From Candidatus Binatia bacterium (lineage in GTDB: Bacteria > Desulfobacterota > Binatia > UBA9968 > JAJDTQ01): DNA of 64,000 nucleotides. The stretch covers positions 1,664,001 through 1,728,000 of the forward strand of contig OY762897.2 in assembly GCA_963666515.2 (NCBI GenBank). Reading direction: 5' to 3'. Numbering within the stretch: position 1 is the first letter of the stretch; every line of letters starts with the position of its first letter. Of the stretch, positions 48,699 to 58,086 are shown piece after piece. Below the pieces are notes generated by a model that was not told where the DNA came from, searched no databases, and worked only from the letters and a program-made list of their open reading frames with translations. Position numbers and translations under genes: made by a program.

Positions 48699-49660
48699 TT
48701 CCCTTTCAGGAACTCGTCCAGCTTGCGGTTGTGCCGCTCGATGGCCCGCAGCGCTTCCACCGGCGCGAAATCGTCCGTGAGCACGTCGGTGTCCGGCAAG
48801 CGCTCGACGCTGCGCCTTTGGGCGACCATTTCGTTCAGCAGGTATTTGAACCCGAACGCGCCGTCCAGTCTTGCGGCGGTTGACGCCAACTCGGCCTGTT
48901 GGCGCCGGGGTCCGTCATAGGCGATCATGACCACGTTGCCTCCGGCATCGTACAGGTCCACGTGGTCGAACACCTTGCCGATGGTGACCAGGGCGGCGTC
49001 AAACATCATGGTGTTGGGCTCGACGTTCTGCGCCACGGCGCCGCCGGGCCGGACGCGGGTCTTGACGAGGCGGTAAAACTCCGTCGTAAGCAGGTGAAAG
49101 GGCACGAAGGCGCTCCGGTAGGCGTCGATCAGGATGACCGGCCATTGTGTTCGATGCCTGAGAATATACCGGCGGCCGTCCTCGATGGAGACATTGAAAT
49201 TCTGCTCGAGCCGGACGCCGAAGTAACGCTTGGCCAACTCGAAAACCTCCGGGTCGAGTTCCACCGAGGTGACCTGGAGGTCGGGCATGCTCTTGTGCAG
49301 GTACCAAGCGGTCCGACCCCCGCCGAAGCCGATTTCGAGGACCCGGTCCACGTCGCCCGCGTAGGCGAGGACGGCGGTCATGTACCGCGTGTATCGGGAA
49401 GGGAGCGCCAGTTCGTCGCGCGTGTCGTAAACCGTTTCCGTGTAGAGAGCCCGGTTGTGTCCGAACGTCATGGTGACGATCGGCCCTTCCTTGAAGATGT
49501 AGATGTTGTTGTAGACGGACTCGCGCTTGGCGATGAGGACCTGGGACGCCAGCGCGGGTTGCGCTTCCGCGAACAGGAACAGCGCCAGCAAAGCGCTGAG
49601 TGCGCCAAAGGGTCGTCTTGTGGGATAAGTCACGCCTTCGGGTTCCCGAACGATCGCCAA
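48692..49660 (-). CDS. Spermidine synthase-like SAM-dependent methyltransferase domain protein
   Basis: LEIGFGGG, VELDPEV, LIDAY..VPFHLLT, LTDDFAPVE. Exact start uncertain. Confidence 0.78.
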   Translation of the reverse strand: MAIVREPEGVTYPTRRPFGALSALLALFLFAEAQPALASQVLIAKRESVYNNIYIFKEGPIVTMTFGHNRALYTETVYDTRDELALPSRYTRYMTAVLAYAGDVDRVLEIGFGGGRTAWYLHKSMPDLQVTSVELDPEVFELAKRYFGVRLEQNFNVSIEDGRRYILRHRTQWPVILIDAYRSAFVPFHLLTTEFYRLVKTRVRPGGAVAQNVEPNTMMFDAALVTIGKVFDHVDLYDAGGNVVMIAYDGPRRQQAELASTAARLDGAFGFKYLLNEMVAQRRSVERLPDTDVLTDDFAPVEALRAIERHNRKLDEFLKGKW

Positions 49661-49704
49661 TGATATAGACCTTGAACGGATCGAGGTACAAACGGACCGC
49701 CCCT

Positions 49705-51051
49705 ATGAACAACATCGCCACCTTCATCGCGCTCAACCGCTTCGGCCTTGGCATCGCACCCGGTGAATCCGATGGCGTCGAGGCCGACTCCCGCGGCTGG
49801 ATCAAGGCGCAGATCGCGCGCCGTCAGACTGTTCCGGCGGCGCTCCGATCCTTTCCCGGCTCCGCTTCGATCATGAAGGAGATGCACGAGGCGCGTATCG
49901 AAAGCCCGGAAAAGCTCAGGGAGGCCACCCGTCGGCACAACCGGCAAACCTTCAGGCCCGAGGTCGCGGCCCGGGCGCGGCACATGATCACCACGGACAA
50001 GCCCTTCGCCGAGCGCATGGTGCTGTTCTGGTCGAACCACTTCACCGTCTCGCGCCCCAAGTCGATCATCGGCCCGGCGTGCCCGGCCTACGAGCGCGAA
50101 GCCATTCGCCCGCACGTCTTCGGCCGCTTCGAGGACATGCTGACGGCGTCCGCCGGCCACGTCGTCATGCTGTCCTATCTCGACAACAACCGGTCGGTGG
50201 GGCCGAACTCCCGAGTCGGCAAACGCTCCGGGAGAACGATCAACGAGAACCTGGCGCGGGAGATACTGGAGCTGCACACGCTGGGCGTGGACGGCGGATA
50301 CACGCAATCCGACGTGGGCGAGTTCGCCAAGGCCCTTACCGGCTGGACCCATGGCGGGACGGGAGGCCGTCGCCGGCGAAGACCGGTGACCGGCGGTTTC
50401 GTATTCCGCAACGCGACACACGAGCCGGGAACGAAGAGGATCCTCGGCAAGACCTACCCTGAAGACGGCGTTGACGAAGCCAAGGCGGTCATGCACGACC
50501 TCGCGCGTCATCCGTCAACGGCCCGGTTCATCGCCACGAAGCTGGTGCGCCATTTCGTGGCCGACGACCCGCCGGCGGAGGCCGTGGAACGCATCGCCCG
50601 CGTTTTCCGGGATACCGATGGCGACCTCGCGGAAGTCTCGCTCGCCCTCGTCGATCTGGAAGCCGCCTGGAGCGAACCGCTCCCCAAGGTCAAGACGCCC
50701 CATGAGCTGGTCATATCGACCTTGCGCGCGCTCGGCATCCACAAGGTGGCGGGGAGGACCTTTAATACACCCTTGAGGATCATGGGGCAGCAGCCCTTCC
50801 GCGCACCGTCACCTCAAGGCTGGCCCGACCGGTCCGGGCACTGGATCGCCCCGGAGGGTCTGCTGCGCCGGATCGAATGGCTGCGCGCCATCGCGGCCAG
50901 GGCGCCGGCGTCCGAAACGCCGGACGTGCTGCTGGATCGCCTGATCGGACCGGTCGCCTCCGACGACACGAGGCTCTGGGTCGACCGTGCACCCTCCACC
51001 GATGCCGCCGTAGCCCTTGTGCTCGCTTCCGCGGAATTCCAAAGGAGATGA
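49705..51051 (+). CDS. DUF1800 family protein
   Basis: ERMVLFWSNHF, YLDN, NENLAREILELHTLG. Confidence 0.9.
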   Translation: MNNIATFIALNRFGLGIAPGESDGVEADSRGWIKAQIARRQTVPAALRSFPGSASIMKEMHEARIESPEKLREATRRHNRQTFRPEVAARARHMITTDKPFAERMVLFWSNHFTVSRPKSIIGPACPAYEREAIRPHVFGRFEDMLTASAGHVVMLSYLDNNRSVGPNSRVGKRSGRTINENLAREILELHTLGVDGGYTQSDVGEFAKALTGWTHGGTGGRRRRRPVTGGFVFRNATHEPGTKRILGKTYPEDGVDEAKAVMHDLARHPSTARFIATKLVRHFVADDPPAEAVERIARVFRDTDGDLAEVSLALVDLEAAWSEPLPKVKTPHELVISTLRALGIHKVAGRTFNTPLRIMGQQPFRAPSPQGWPDRSGHWIAPEGLLRRIEWLRAIAARAPASETPDVLLDRLIGPVASDDTRLWVDRAPSTDAAVALVLASAEFQRR

Positions 51052-51053
51052 CG

Positions 51054-52235
51054 ATGCTGGACCGCCGTTCGTTTCTCAAACTGTGCTGCGCCATCGGCGC
51101 GGCCTCGGCGAACCCCCGTCTGGCATTCGCCACCGTGCCGACGGAAAACCGTTTCGTCCTCGTGTTACTGAGGGGCGGCCTCGACGGCCTCCACGCGGTA
51201 CCGCCCTACGCCGACCCGGAGTACGGCCGCCTGCGCCCCACCCTTGCCGTCGCCGCCCCCGGGCAGGAGAACGGCGCTCTCGACCTGGACGGCTCTTTCG
51301 GTCTCCATCCGGCGCTGGCGCCCCTGAAGCGCCTCTACGGGGAAGGCCAATTGCTGGTCATTCCGGCTGCGACCACGGGTTACCGCGCGCGCTCGCACTT
51401 CGACGGCCAGAACATGCTGGAGAACGGCAGCGGCATCCCCTTCGGCGCCAAGGACGGGTGGTTGAACCGCGCCATCACAAGCCTCAATCAGGGCGACCGC
51501 CGTCTCGGCCTGGCCCTGGGGCCGGCCGTTCCGTTGCTGTTGCAGGGCGAGGCGCCGGTGGCCACCTGGGCGGACAGCCCCCTTCCCAAAACCAGCGAGG
51601 ACTTCCTCCAACGGCTCGCCCACACCTATCGCGGCGATCCCCTGTTCGCGCGCGCCCTGGCCGACGCCCGCGGGAGCATGGCGCCGTCGATGGAGAGCAT
51701 GCCGGATGGTCGTAATCAACGCAGCCGCGCGTTCGAGATCGCCGCCACCGCGGCGGCGAGTCTCATGGCCCGAAACGAAGGTCCTCGCATCGCCGTCCTC
51801 GAATCCCAGGGATGGGACACCCATTTCGGCCAGCACTGGCGGCTCACCCGCCTGTTCGGGCAACTGTCGGCCGGCCTCATCGCGTTCAAGGAAGGGATCG
51901 GGGCTCACTGGCAGAGAACCGCCGTCCTGGTCGTGTCCGAATTCGGACGCACCGCGGCGGAGAACGGCAGCCGGGGCACCGACCATGGCGTCGGCGGGCT
52001 CGCGCTACTGCTCGGCGGCGCGGTCAAGGGGGGACGGGTGACGGGCGCATGGCCCGGCCTGACTCCGGCGGCGCTCTACGAAGGCCGGGACATCCGCCCG
52101 ACGACCCACTACGAAAGCCTCTTCAAGAGCGCATTGATCCGCCACCTCGGGGCTTCCCCGAGCACGGTCGAGGACAAGGTCTTCCCGCGGAGCCGCTCCC
52201 TCGCGCCCGCCGAGAACCTGTTCCGCACAGGTTGA
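51054..52235 (+). CDS. DUF1501 family protein with Tat signal
   Basis: DRRSFLK, LRGGLDGL, RSHFDGQ, GWDTH, SEFGRT..GTDHG. Confidence 0.9.
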   Translation: MLDRRSFLKLCCAIGAASANPRLAFATVPTENRFVLVLLRGGLDGLHAVPPYADPEYGRLRPTLAVAAPGQENGALDLDGSFGLHPALAPLKRLYGEGQLLVIPAATTGYRARSHFDGQNMLENGSGIPFGAKDGWLNRAITSLNQGDRRLGLALGPAVPLLLQGEAPVATWADSPLPKTSEDFLQRLAHTYRGDPLFARALADARGSMAPSMESMPDGRNQRSRAFEIAATAAASLMARNEGPRIAVLESQGWDTHFGQHWRLTRLFGQLSAGLIAFKEGIGAHWQRTAVLVVSEFGRTAAENGSRGTDHGVGGLALLLGGAVKGGRVTGAWPGLTPAALYEGRDIRPTTHYESLFKSALIRHLGASPSTVEDKVFPRSRSLAPAENLFRTG

Positions 52236-52260
52236 CGAAGACGGGCTGGAATTCCTGCCG

Positions 52261-52632
52261 TCAGCCGGATGAGGTGGACAACTCCAGGCGGTTTCCGCTG
52301 GGGTCGATGACGTAGACGGAGTATCCGCCGTCGTCGTGGCGGCGGATATCGCTGACCTTGGCGCCTCTGGCTTCGATCTCTTTGATGAAATCCTCGGGCT
52401 CGCAGCGGGCGTCGATCTCGAAGGTGTGGTGCGGCACGCGGGGGTGGCGGTCCTTGGAGGCGTCGAAGACGCCCAGGACGGCGCCGCCGAGGTTGAGACG
52501 GACGACATCGACGCCGGCGACCACGTGTTTCTTGCGAATGGTCGCCCCGAGGACGTCCTGGTAGAAGCTCACCGTTTTCTCCAGGTCCTCGGCGTTGAAA
52601 TTCCACGAACGAAATTGCGTCAGCTTGGACAT
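52261..52632 (-). CDS. VOC/glyoxalase family protein
   Basis: FYQDVLG, HHTF, DPSGNRLEL. Confidence 0.82.
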   Translation of the reverse strand: MSKLTQFRSWNFNAEDLEKTVSFYQDVLGATIRKKHVVAGVDVVRLNLGGAVLGVFDASKDRHPRVPHHTFEIDARCEPEDFIKEIEARGAKVSDIRRHDDGGYSVYVIDPSGNRLELSTSSG

Positions 52633-52655
52633 GATGAACCCTCCTTAAAGGACAA

Positions 52656-54020
52656 TCATTCGACCCTTGCAGCTTCGAACAAGGGGTACGGATTTTCAAG
52701 CTCGTCGAAGCGCCAGAGCCGCTCCAACAAGGCTGCCTGCCGTTGCGCGGATAGAACACCCGCCGTAAGGCCCAAGAATTTCTGCTCCAGTTCGCTGTCC
52801 GTCAACGGGTTGCGGCTGTGGCCCTTGGGATAGTCCTCTGACCGGGTCAACCGGCGCCCGGACTGTAGCGTGATCTCCATGCGCGCCCGCTGCTGCGCCG
52901 GATAGTCGCGGGTGGCTTCGGGGTCCTCGCTGACCTCGACCTTGCGCATGAGCGGCCGCAGGAGCGGGTCTCGGATGCGTTTCTCGTTGAAGCTGGCGGG
53001 GGTTACCGCACCGTCGGTCAGGGCGACGGCGACCACGTAAGGGAGGCTGTGATCCGCGGTCTCGCGGGTGCTGGGGTCCCATTTTTCGGGCTCGCCGGCG
53101 GCGTTCCGCACCGCCACGCCATAGGTCTCGATACGGATGCGCTCCAGGTCGTCGAGCTTGAACTCGTCGCGCAACTCCAGCGCCATGGCGGCGCCGGCCT
53201 GGGTGTGAATCTGCACGGGGAAGTACTTGATGCTGGTGTCGGTGAGCTTGAACGGCACGCCTGCTCCGGCGTCGCCGAATCCGTCGAGGCGCAGTTCCCC
53301 GGTCACCTGCTCGAACAGCCCGTAGCGGCCCTCGAAGGGCTCGGGCGGCCCTTCCAATCCCCCGCGGGCGAGCAGCGCCGCGAACACGCCGTTGCGCACG
53401 GCCATGGCCGTGGCGCAGCCCTTCCACATCGACAGCTCACCCACGCGGGTCTGGCCCAACGGCGCCTGGGAGACGGCGGTCATGGAGATGGCGTGCGCGA
53501 GCTGTTCCTCGGGCAGTCCCATGACTTTTCCCGCGGCGCAGGCGCTCGCCGGACCGATGAAGAGTCCCTGGTCCCAGCCCTTCTCGCGGGTAGCGAAACG
53601 GGCGGCGAACTGCCCGTAGATTTCGTAGGCCAGCACCAGCGCGGTGATCACCTCGCGGCCCGAGGCGCCGGCGACCTCGGCCGCGGCCAGCACCGCCGGC
53701 AGCATGTCGCTCGGATGGCCTCCACCCGGGGACACGAAGCTGTCGTTGCAGTCCAGGTAGCGGATCATGGCGGTGTTGGCGAAGGCCGCCATATCGGGCG
53801 TGGCAGCCTTTCCGGTTCCGAGGATTCGCGCGGCGCCCTGCCCTTCCAACGCCGGCGCCAGATCACGGGCAATGCGGCAGGGCTCGGCAGTAAACCCACC
53901 GAGGGCACAACCCACAGAATCCAGTATCCGGCGCCGGGCCTCGTGAAGGGTATCGGGAGGAAGGTCCCGGTAGTCGAGGGAAGCGGCGTAGGCGCTCAGA
54001 AATCGCGCGGTCGCGTCCAT
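52656..54020 (-). CDS. MmgE/PrpD family protein
   Basis: IRYLDCND..GHPSD, SMWKG, TADHSLPY, PKGH. Confidence 0.88.
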   Translation of the reverse strand: MDATARFLSAYAASLDYRDLPPDTLHEARRRILDSVGCALGGFTAEPCRIARDLAPALEGQGAARILGTGKAATPDMAAFANTAMIRYLDCNDSFVSPGGGHPSDMLPAVLAAAEVAGASGREVITALVLAYEIYGQFAARFATREKGWDQGLFIGPASACAAGKVMGLPEEQLAHAISMTAVSQAPLGQTRVGELSMWKGCATAMAVRNGVFAALLARGGLEGPPEPFEGRYGLFEQVTGELRLDGFGDAGAGVPFKLTDTSIKYFPVQIHTQAGAAMALELRDEFKLDDLERIRIETYGVAVRNAAGEPEKWDPSTRETADHSLPYVVAVALTDGAVTPASFNEKRIRDPLLRPLMRKVEVSEDPEATRDYPAQQRARMEITLQSGRRLTRSEDYPKGHSRNPLTDSELEQKFLGLTAGVLSAQRQAALLERLWRFDELENPYPLFEAARVE

Positions 54021-54027
54021 GATGAGA

Positions 54028-54501
54028 TCAGTCCCGATCCCGCAACGTGGCGAAGAAACTCTTCAGGATCTCGCCGCACCGTTCCGCCAGCACGCCCTCG
54101 GTGACCTCCACGCGATGGTTCAGGCGCGAATCGTCGCAGATTCGATAGAGCGACCTCACCGCGCCTCCCTTGGGATCCGGGCAACCGAACACCAGACGCT
54201 GGACGCGCGCCTGGACGATGGCGCCGGCGCACATGACGCAGGGTTCCAGAGTGACGTAGAGCGTGCAGTCGTCGAGGCGCCAGGAGGGCCGCGCCGCGAC
54301 CGCCTCCCTGATGGCCAGGATCTCCGCGTGGCTCGTGGGGTCCGCCAAGGCCTCGCGCCGGTTGCGCCCCCGGCCGATCACTTCGCCGCCGCATACCACG
54401 ACCGCGCCAACGGGAACCTCATCGTCCCCGAGCGCCGCCTCGGCCTCGGCCAGAGCCCGCGCCATGAACGCCGAGTCCTCCTTGTCGGGTACGCTACGCA
54501 A
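54028..54501 (-). CDS. tadA: tRNA-specific adenosine deaminase
   Basis: EVPVGAV, HAE, LEPCVMCAGA, DPKGGA, LNH. Confidence 0.92.
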   Translation of the reverse strand: MRSVPDKEDSAFMARALAEAEAALGDDEVPVGAVVVCGGEVIGRGRNRREALADPTSHAEILAIREAVAARPSWRLDDCTLYVTLEPCVMCAGAIVQARVQRLVFGCPDPKGGAVRSLYRICDDSRLNHRVEVTEGVLAERCGEILKSFFATLRDRD

Positions 54502-54961
54502 GCTCCGCCAAGTCGTCCAGCACCTCCCGCGCGTGCTGCTCGGGTTTCACCTTCTCGTAGATCCTGGCGATCTTGCCCTTGGGATCGATCAGGAACGACA
54601 TCCGGTAGGTGCCCTCGTACTCCCTGCCCATGAACTTCTTCTTGCCCCAGACGTCGTACAGCCTCACCACCTCCTTCTCCTCGTCCGCCAACAAGCTGTA
54701 AGGCAACTGGTGCTTCTCGGCAAACTTGGCGTGGCTCTTGACCGGATCGATGCTCACTCCCAGAACCGTGGCCTTGGCCTCTTCGAATTCGGCTATGTGG
54801 TCCCGCATACTACGGGCCTCTTTCGTTCAGCCGGGGGTGGCGTCCTTGGGATAGAAGAACAGCAGCACCCACTTGCCCTTGTAGCCTGACAGCTTGTGGG
54901 GCTTGCCGTTCTGGTCCATCAGCCGGAAATCCGGCGCCTTGTCACCGGGCTTGTGCTTCAT
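54494..54961 (-). CDS. bcp: BCP/PrxQ peroxiredoxin with selenocysteine (UGA at 54827-54829)
   Basis: FFYPKDATPG-UGA-TKEA continues in frame into RSMRDH..GVSID..YRMSFLIDP. The UGA sits at the peroxidatic Cys position. Hairpin at 54799-54818. Confidence 0.8.
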
Positions 54962-55136
54962 GATTCGGGTTCCTTCCGATTGCGTGTTCCCGGATGTTCT
55001 ACAATGCAAGTTGACCCATGCCAAGCCGACGACGGTGGCGGGCCGCCTTGACACCACGCGTCCGGTGGGAACAGAATCCCTATGTCCCGGCAGGCTGGGA
55101 CCTCTTCGACGACAAACCGAAACGGGAGGAACTCGG

Positions 55137-55934
55137 ATGGAAATCGTACACAAGCCGCGAAGCTACGGCGAGCACGCCGACCACTGGCTCGATTTCGAGG
55201 AAAGCCCCCGGAGGGTCCGCATCAGGTTCGGCGGCGAGACCCTGGCGGACACGAAGCGCGCCATGCTGCTGCGGGAGGCGGGCCATGTCCCGGTCTACTA
55301 TTTCCCGCAAGAAGACGTGCGCATGGAGTTGCTGACACCCAACGACCACCACAGCCAATGCTCCGTGAAGGGAGAGGCTTCCTACTGGGACATCGCCGCG
55401 GGCGGCAAGACGGCCGAGTCCGCGGCCTGGAGCTACCTCGACCCCAAGCCCGGGTCCCGCGACATCGCCGGGTACTTGTCCTTCTACTGGAACCGGATGG
55501 ACGGCTGGTACGAGGAGGAGGATGAAATCTTCGTTCACGCCCGGGACCCGTACAAGCGGGTGGACGTGCTCCACAGCTCGCGCCACGTCCAGGTGACCCT
55601 CGGCGGCGAGGTGGTGGCGGATTCCACGCGTCCCCGGCTGGTGCTGGAGACCGGACACCTGATCCGCTACTACCTGCCGCGAGAGGACGTGCGCACGGAG
55701 TTGCTGGAACCCAGCGACACCCGGACGCGGTGCCCCTACAAGGGCACCGCCAGCTACTGGTCGGCGAACGTGAACGGCAAGGTCTTCGAAGACACCGTCT
55801 GGAGCTACGAGGAAACCATCCCCGAATGCCCGAAGATCAAGGACCTGATGTGTTTCTTCAACGAACGGGTGGACGCCATCCATGTGGACGGCGAGCGGCT
55901 GGAGATTCCCAGGACCAAGTGGTCGCGGGAGTGA
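55137..55934 (+). CDS. Tandem DUF427 domain protein
   Basis: Two repeats of YYFP.EDV..C..KG.ASYW..WSY, linked by HARDPYKRVD. Confidence 0.88.
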   Translation: MEIVHKPRSYGEHADHWLDFEESPRRVRIRFGGETLADTKRAMLLREAGHVPVYYFPQEDVRMELLTPNDHHSQCSVKGEASYWDIAAGGKTAESAAWSYLDPKPGSRDIAGYLSFYWNRMDGWYEEEDEIFVHARDPYKRVDVLHSSRHVQVTLGGEVVADSTRPRLVLETGHLIRYYLPREDVRTELLEPSDTRTRCPYKGTASYWSANVNGKVFEDTVWSYEETIPECPKIKDLMCFFNERVDAIHVDGERLEIPRTKWSRE

Positions 55935-55955
55935 AATAATCGGACCGGGCGTGGC

Positions 55956-56732
55956 CTAAGCCGCGGTCGAAGCGGCGGCCGCAGCCGATGGCAGGACGCC
56001 GGCCTCCCGCAGCCTGGGGATCAGTTCATCAAGGCTCTTGATTAGCAGCTTCGGCCTGGCCGCGGCCAGCGTCTCCTCGTCGTTGTAGGAGTACTCGGTG
56101 GCCAGAGCCACCGTGAACACCGACAGGTCGCTTCCGGCCACCTGGGCGAACTCCAGGTTGTTGCCCGCCCGCAGGTAGGTGGCGGTCCCGGACAGGAGGA
56201 TCACCTCGAGGTTCCGGTTGAGCTTTCGGAACAGGTGGTAGATGCCCTGCTCCTTGCGGAAGTAGGTCTCGTCGCGGTCGATGATCTCCTCGAAGTATTC
56301 GCTGATGCCGGCCTCCTCCATGACCCGGTGCTTGTAGCGCCGGCCGCTGGTGGTGAGCACCATGTTGCTCAGGCCCGCGTCCCGGGCTTCCTTGAGCGAG
56401 TCCTCGACGCCCGGAATGAAATCCGGCGGGTTTACGTCGAAGCCGTGCCGGCGGGCGATCTCCAGGGCGTGGCCGCGGATCTCGCGCCGCACGCCCTCGT
56501 TGTAGATGATGCTCGGGTCCCGGGCGTAGTCTTCCGCAAAGAGGATGGGCGCCAGGAAAAAGTCGAACGGCCCGTCCGCCACTTTGCGCAGCTCTTCGAA
56601 GGACAGTTGCGGCTTGTGGTAACGCGGGAGGATCTCGTTGGCGATGATGTGGACCCGGTGGATGTCCGTCTCGATGGTGTCGGACATGGTCCGGATCAGG
56701 CATCGCTTGACCGGCGTCGGCGCATCACTCAT
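55956..56732 (-). CDS. HAD-fold-like protein with degenerate catalytic motifs
   Basis: IPGVEDSL..L.TS...YFEEII..L.AARP..LI pattern resembles HAD phosphatases, but motif I reads LIRTMSDT. Confidence 0.5.
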   Translation of the reverse strand: MSDAPTPVKRCLIRTMSDTIETDIHRVHIIANEILPRYHKPQLSFEELRKVADGPFDFFLAPILFAEDYARDPSIIYNEGVRREIRGHALEIARRHGFDVNPPDFIPGVEDSLKEARDAGLSNMVLTTSGRRYKHRVMEEAGISEYFEEIIDRDETYFRKEQGIYHLFRKLNRNLEVILLSGTATYLRAGNNLEFAQVAGSDLSVFTVALATEYSYNDEETLAAARPKLLIKSLDELIPRLREAGVLPSAAAAASTAA

Positions 56733-56774
56733 GGCAACCTCCAGGCGCCAGGGTCGGCACTGCGGTCGAACCCC

Positions 56775-56802
56775 GCAGGGGCGACCCGCCGGTCGCCCCT
56801 GC
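56775..56802. repeat. REP-like perfect hairpin
   Basis: GCAGGGGCGACC-CGCC-GGTCGCCCCTGC, in a divergent intergenic region. Confidence 0.65.
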
Positions 56803-56878
56803 ACGGACAGACTCCTGGCTGGAAAACTGATTCAGCTTTAGCTAATCTGCCGGAACCCTGTCAACTATTGGAGATTTC

Positions 56879-57862
56879 ATGCTGAACCTGACTCTGGCGT
56901 GCGGCCACTACGACCGCACCGAGGCCCTGCGGGACGGGCGCGTGCGGCCCGACGGGATCCGGCTCAACTGCCTGACGCTCAAGGTGGAGGAGACCTTCTG
57001 GCGCATGATGCAGTACCGCGAGTTCGACGTGGCCGAGACCTCGCTGGGCGGCTACGTGGTGCGCCGGGGGCGCGGGGCCGACGACTTGGTGGCGATCCCG
57101 GTCTTTCCGTCCCGGTTCTTCCGCCAGTCGTGCATCTTCGTCCACGGCGGCTCCGGCATCGAATCGCCGCAGGACCTCAGGGAAAAGCGCATCGGCGTTC
57201 CGGAATACCAGATGACCGCGGCCGTGTGGGCTCGCGGAATCCTCTCGGACGACTACGGCGTGCGCGCCGAGGACGTCGAATGGGTCCAAGGCGGCCTGGA
57301 AGACCCGGGACGCCTTCCCTTCGAGCCGGTGGAGCCGGCCGGCATCCGCCTGGGCTTCGCTCCGCCGGACCGCTCCCTGGCGCAGATGCTCGCGGACGGC
57401 GAGATCCAGGCGCTGATCACCGCCCGGACGCCGTCCACCTTCGATCCTGCCGGCTCCGTGGTGCGCCGGCTCTTCCCGGAACCCTGGAAGGTCGAGCGGG
57501 ACTACTTCGAGCGCACCGGCATCTTCCCCATCATGCACACGGTGTCCATTAGGCGGGAGATCCTTGACGAGCACCCGTGGGTGGCGGCGACCCTGATGAA
57601 GGCCTTTTCCGAGGCCAAGGACCTGGCCGTGGCCGACCTGACCCAGACCAGCGCGCTGCCGCTTTCGCTGCCGTTCCTGACCGAGCACGCCCACCAGACG
57701 GTAGAGACCATGGGCGAGGATTTCTGGCCCTACGGCCTGGAGTCCAACCGCAAGACCCTTGAAACATTCGTGCGTTACATGCACGAGCAGGGCATGATCG
57801 GCCGGCCGATGCCCATCGAGGAGCTGTTCGCCCTGAGCACCCACCGCACCTTCCGGATCTGA
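56879..57862 (+). CDS. 4,5-dihydroxyphthalate decarboxylase-like / PhnD-SsuA-type binding-protein fold
   Basis: YDRT, EFDVAE, IPVFPSRFFR, YQMTAAVWARG, GIFPIMH, FWPYG. Confidence 0.8.
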   Translation: MLNLTLACGHYDRTEALRDGRVRPDGIRLNCLTLKVEETFWRMMQYREFDVAETSLGGYVVRRGRGADDLVAIPVFPSRFFRQSCIFVHGGSGIESPQDLREKRIGVPEYQMTAAVWARGILSDDYGVRAEDVEWVQGGLEDPGRLPFEPVEPAGIRLGFAPPDRSLAQMLADGEIQALITARTPSTFDPAGSVVRRLFPEPWKVERDYFERTGIFPIMHTVSIRREILDEHPWVAATLMKAFSEAKDLAVADLTQTSALPLSLPFLTEHAHQTVETMGEDFWPYGLESNRKTLETFVRYMHEQGMIGRPMPIEELFALSTHRTFRI

Positions 57863-58086
57863 ACGGCGCCATTGCCAGCGCCGCCCGTTCGCGCCCCTGT
57901 CGGCGTTAACCGTCCGAAAATATGGGGAATACGCTGTCCATTCTTTGTGCAGGTCGTTGAAACCGCCTTTTCTTGCGGCTTGAAACCGCTCCGAAAAGGT
58001 TCCTGTGAACAGGTTTTCCACAGGTCCGGTGGATAGTGTCAGTGGCCCGACGGGACCGTCAAGCCGCCGCCGGTCCGGTGAGGGCT

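Noticed and set aside
54494-55153. Two separate ORFs or a bcp pseudogene
   Set aside because: The single UGA coincides with the catalytic residue and is followed by a hairpin; Sec recoding fits better.
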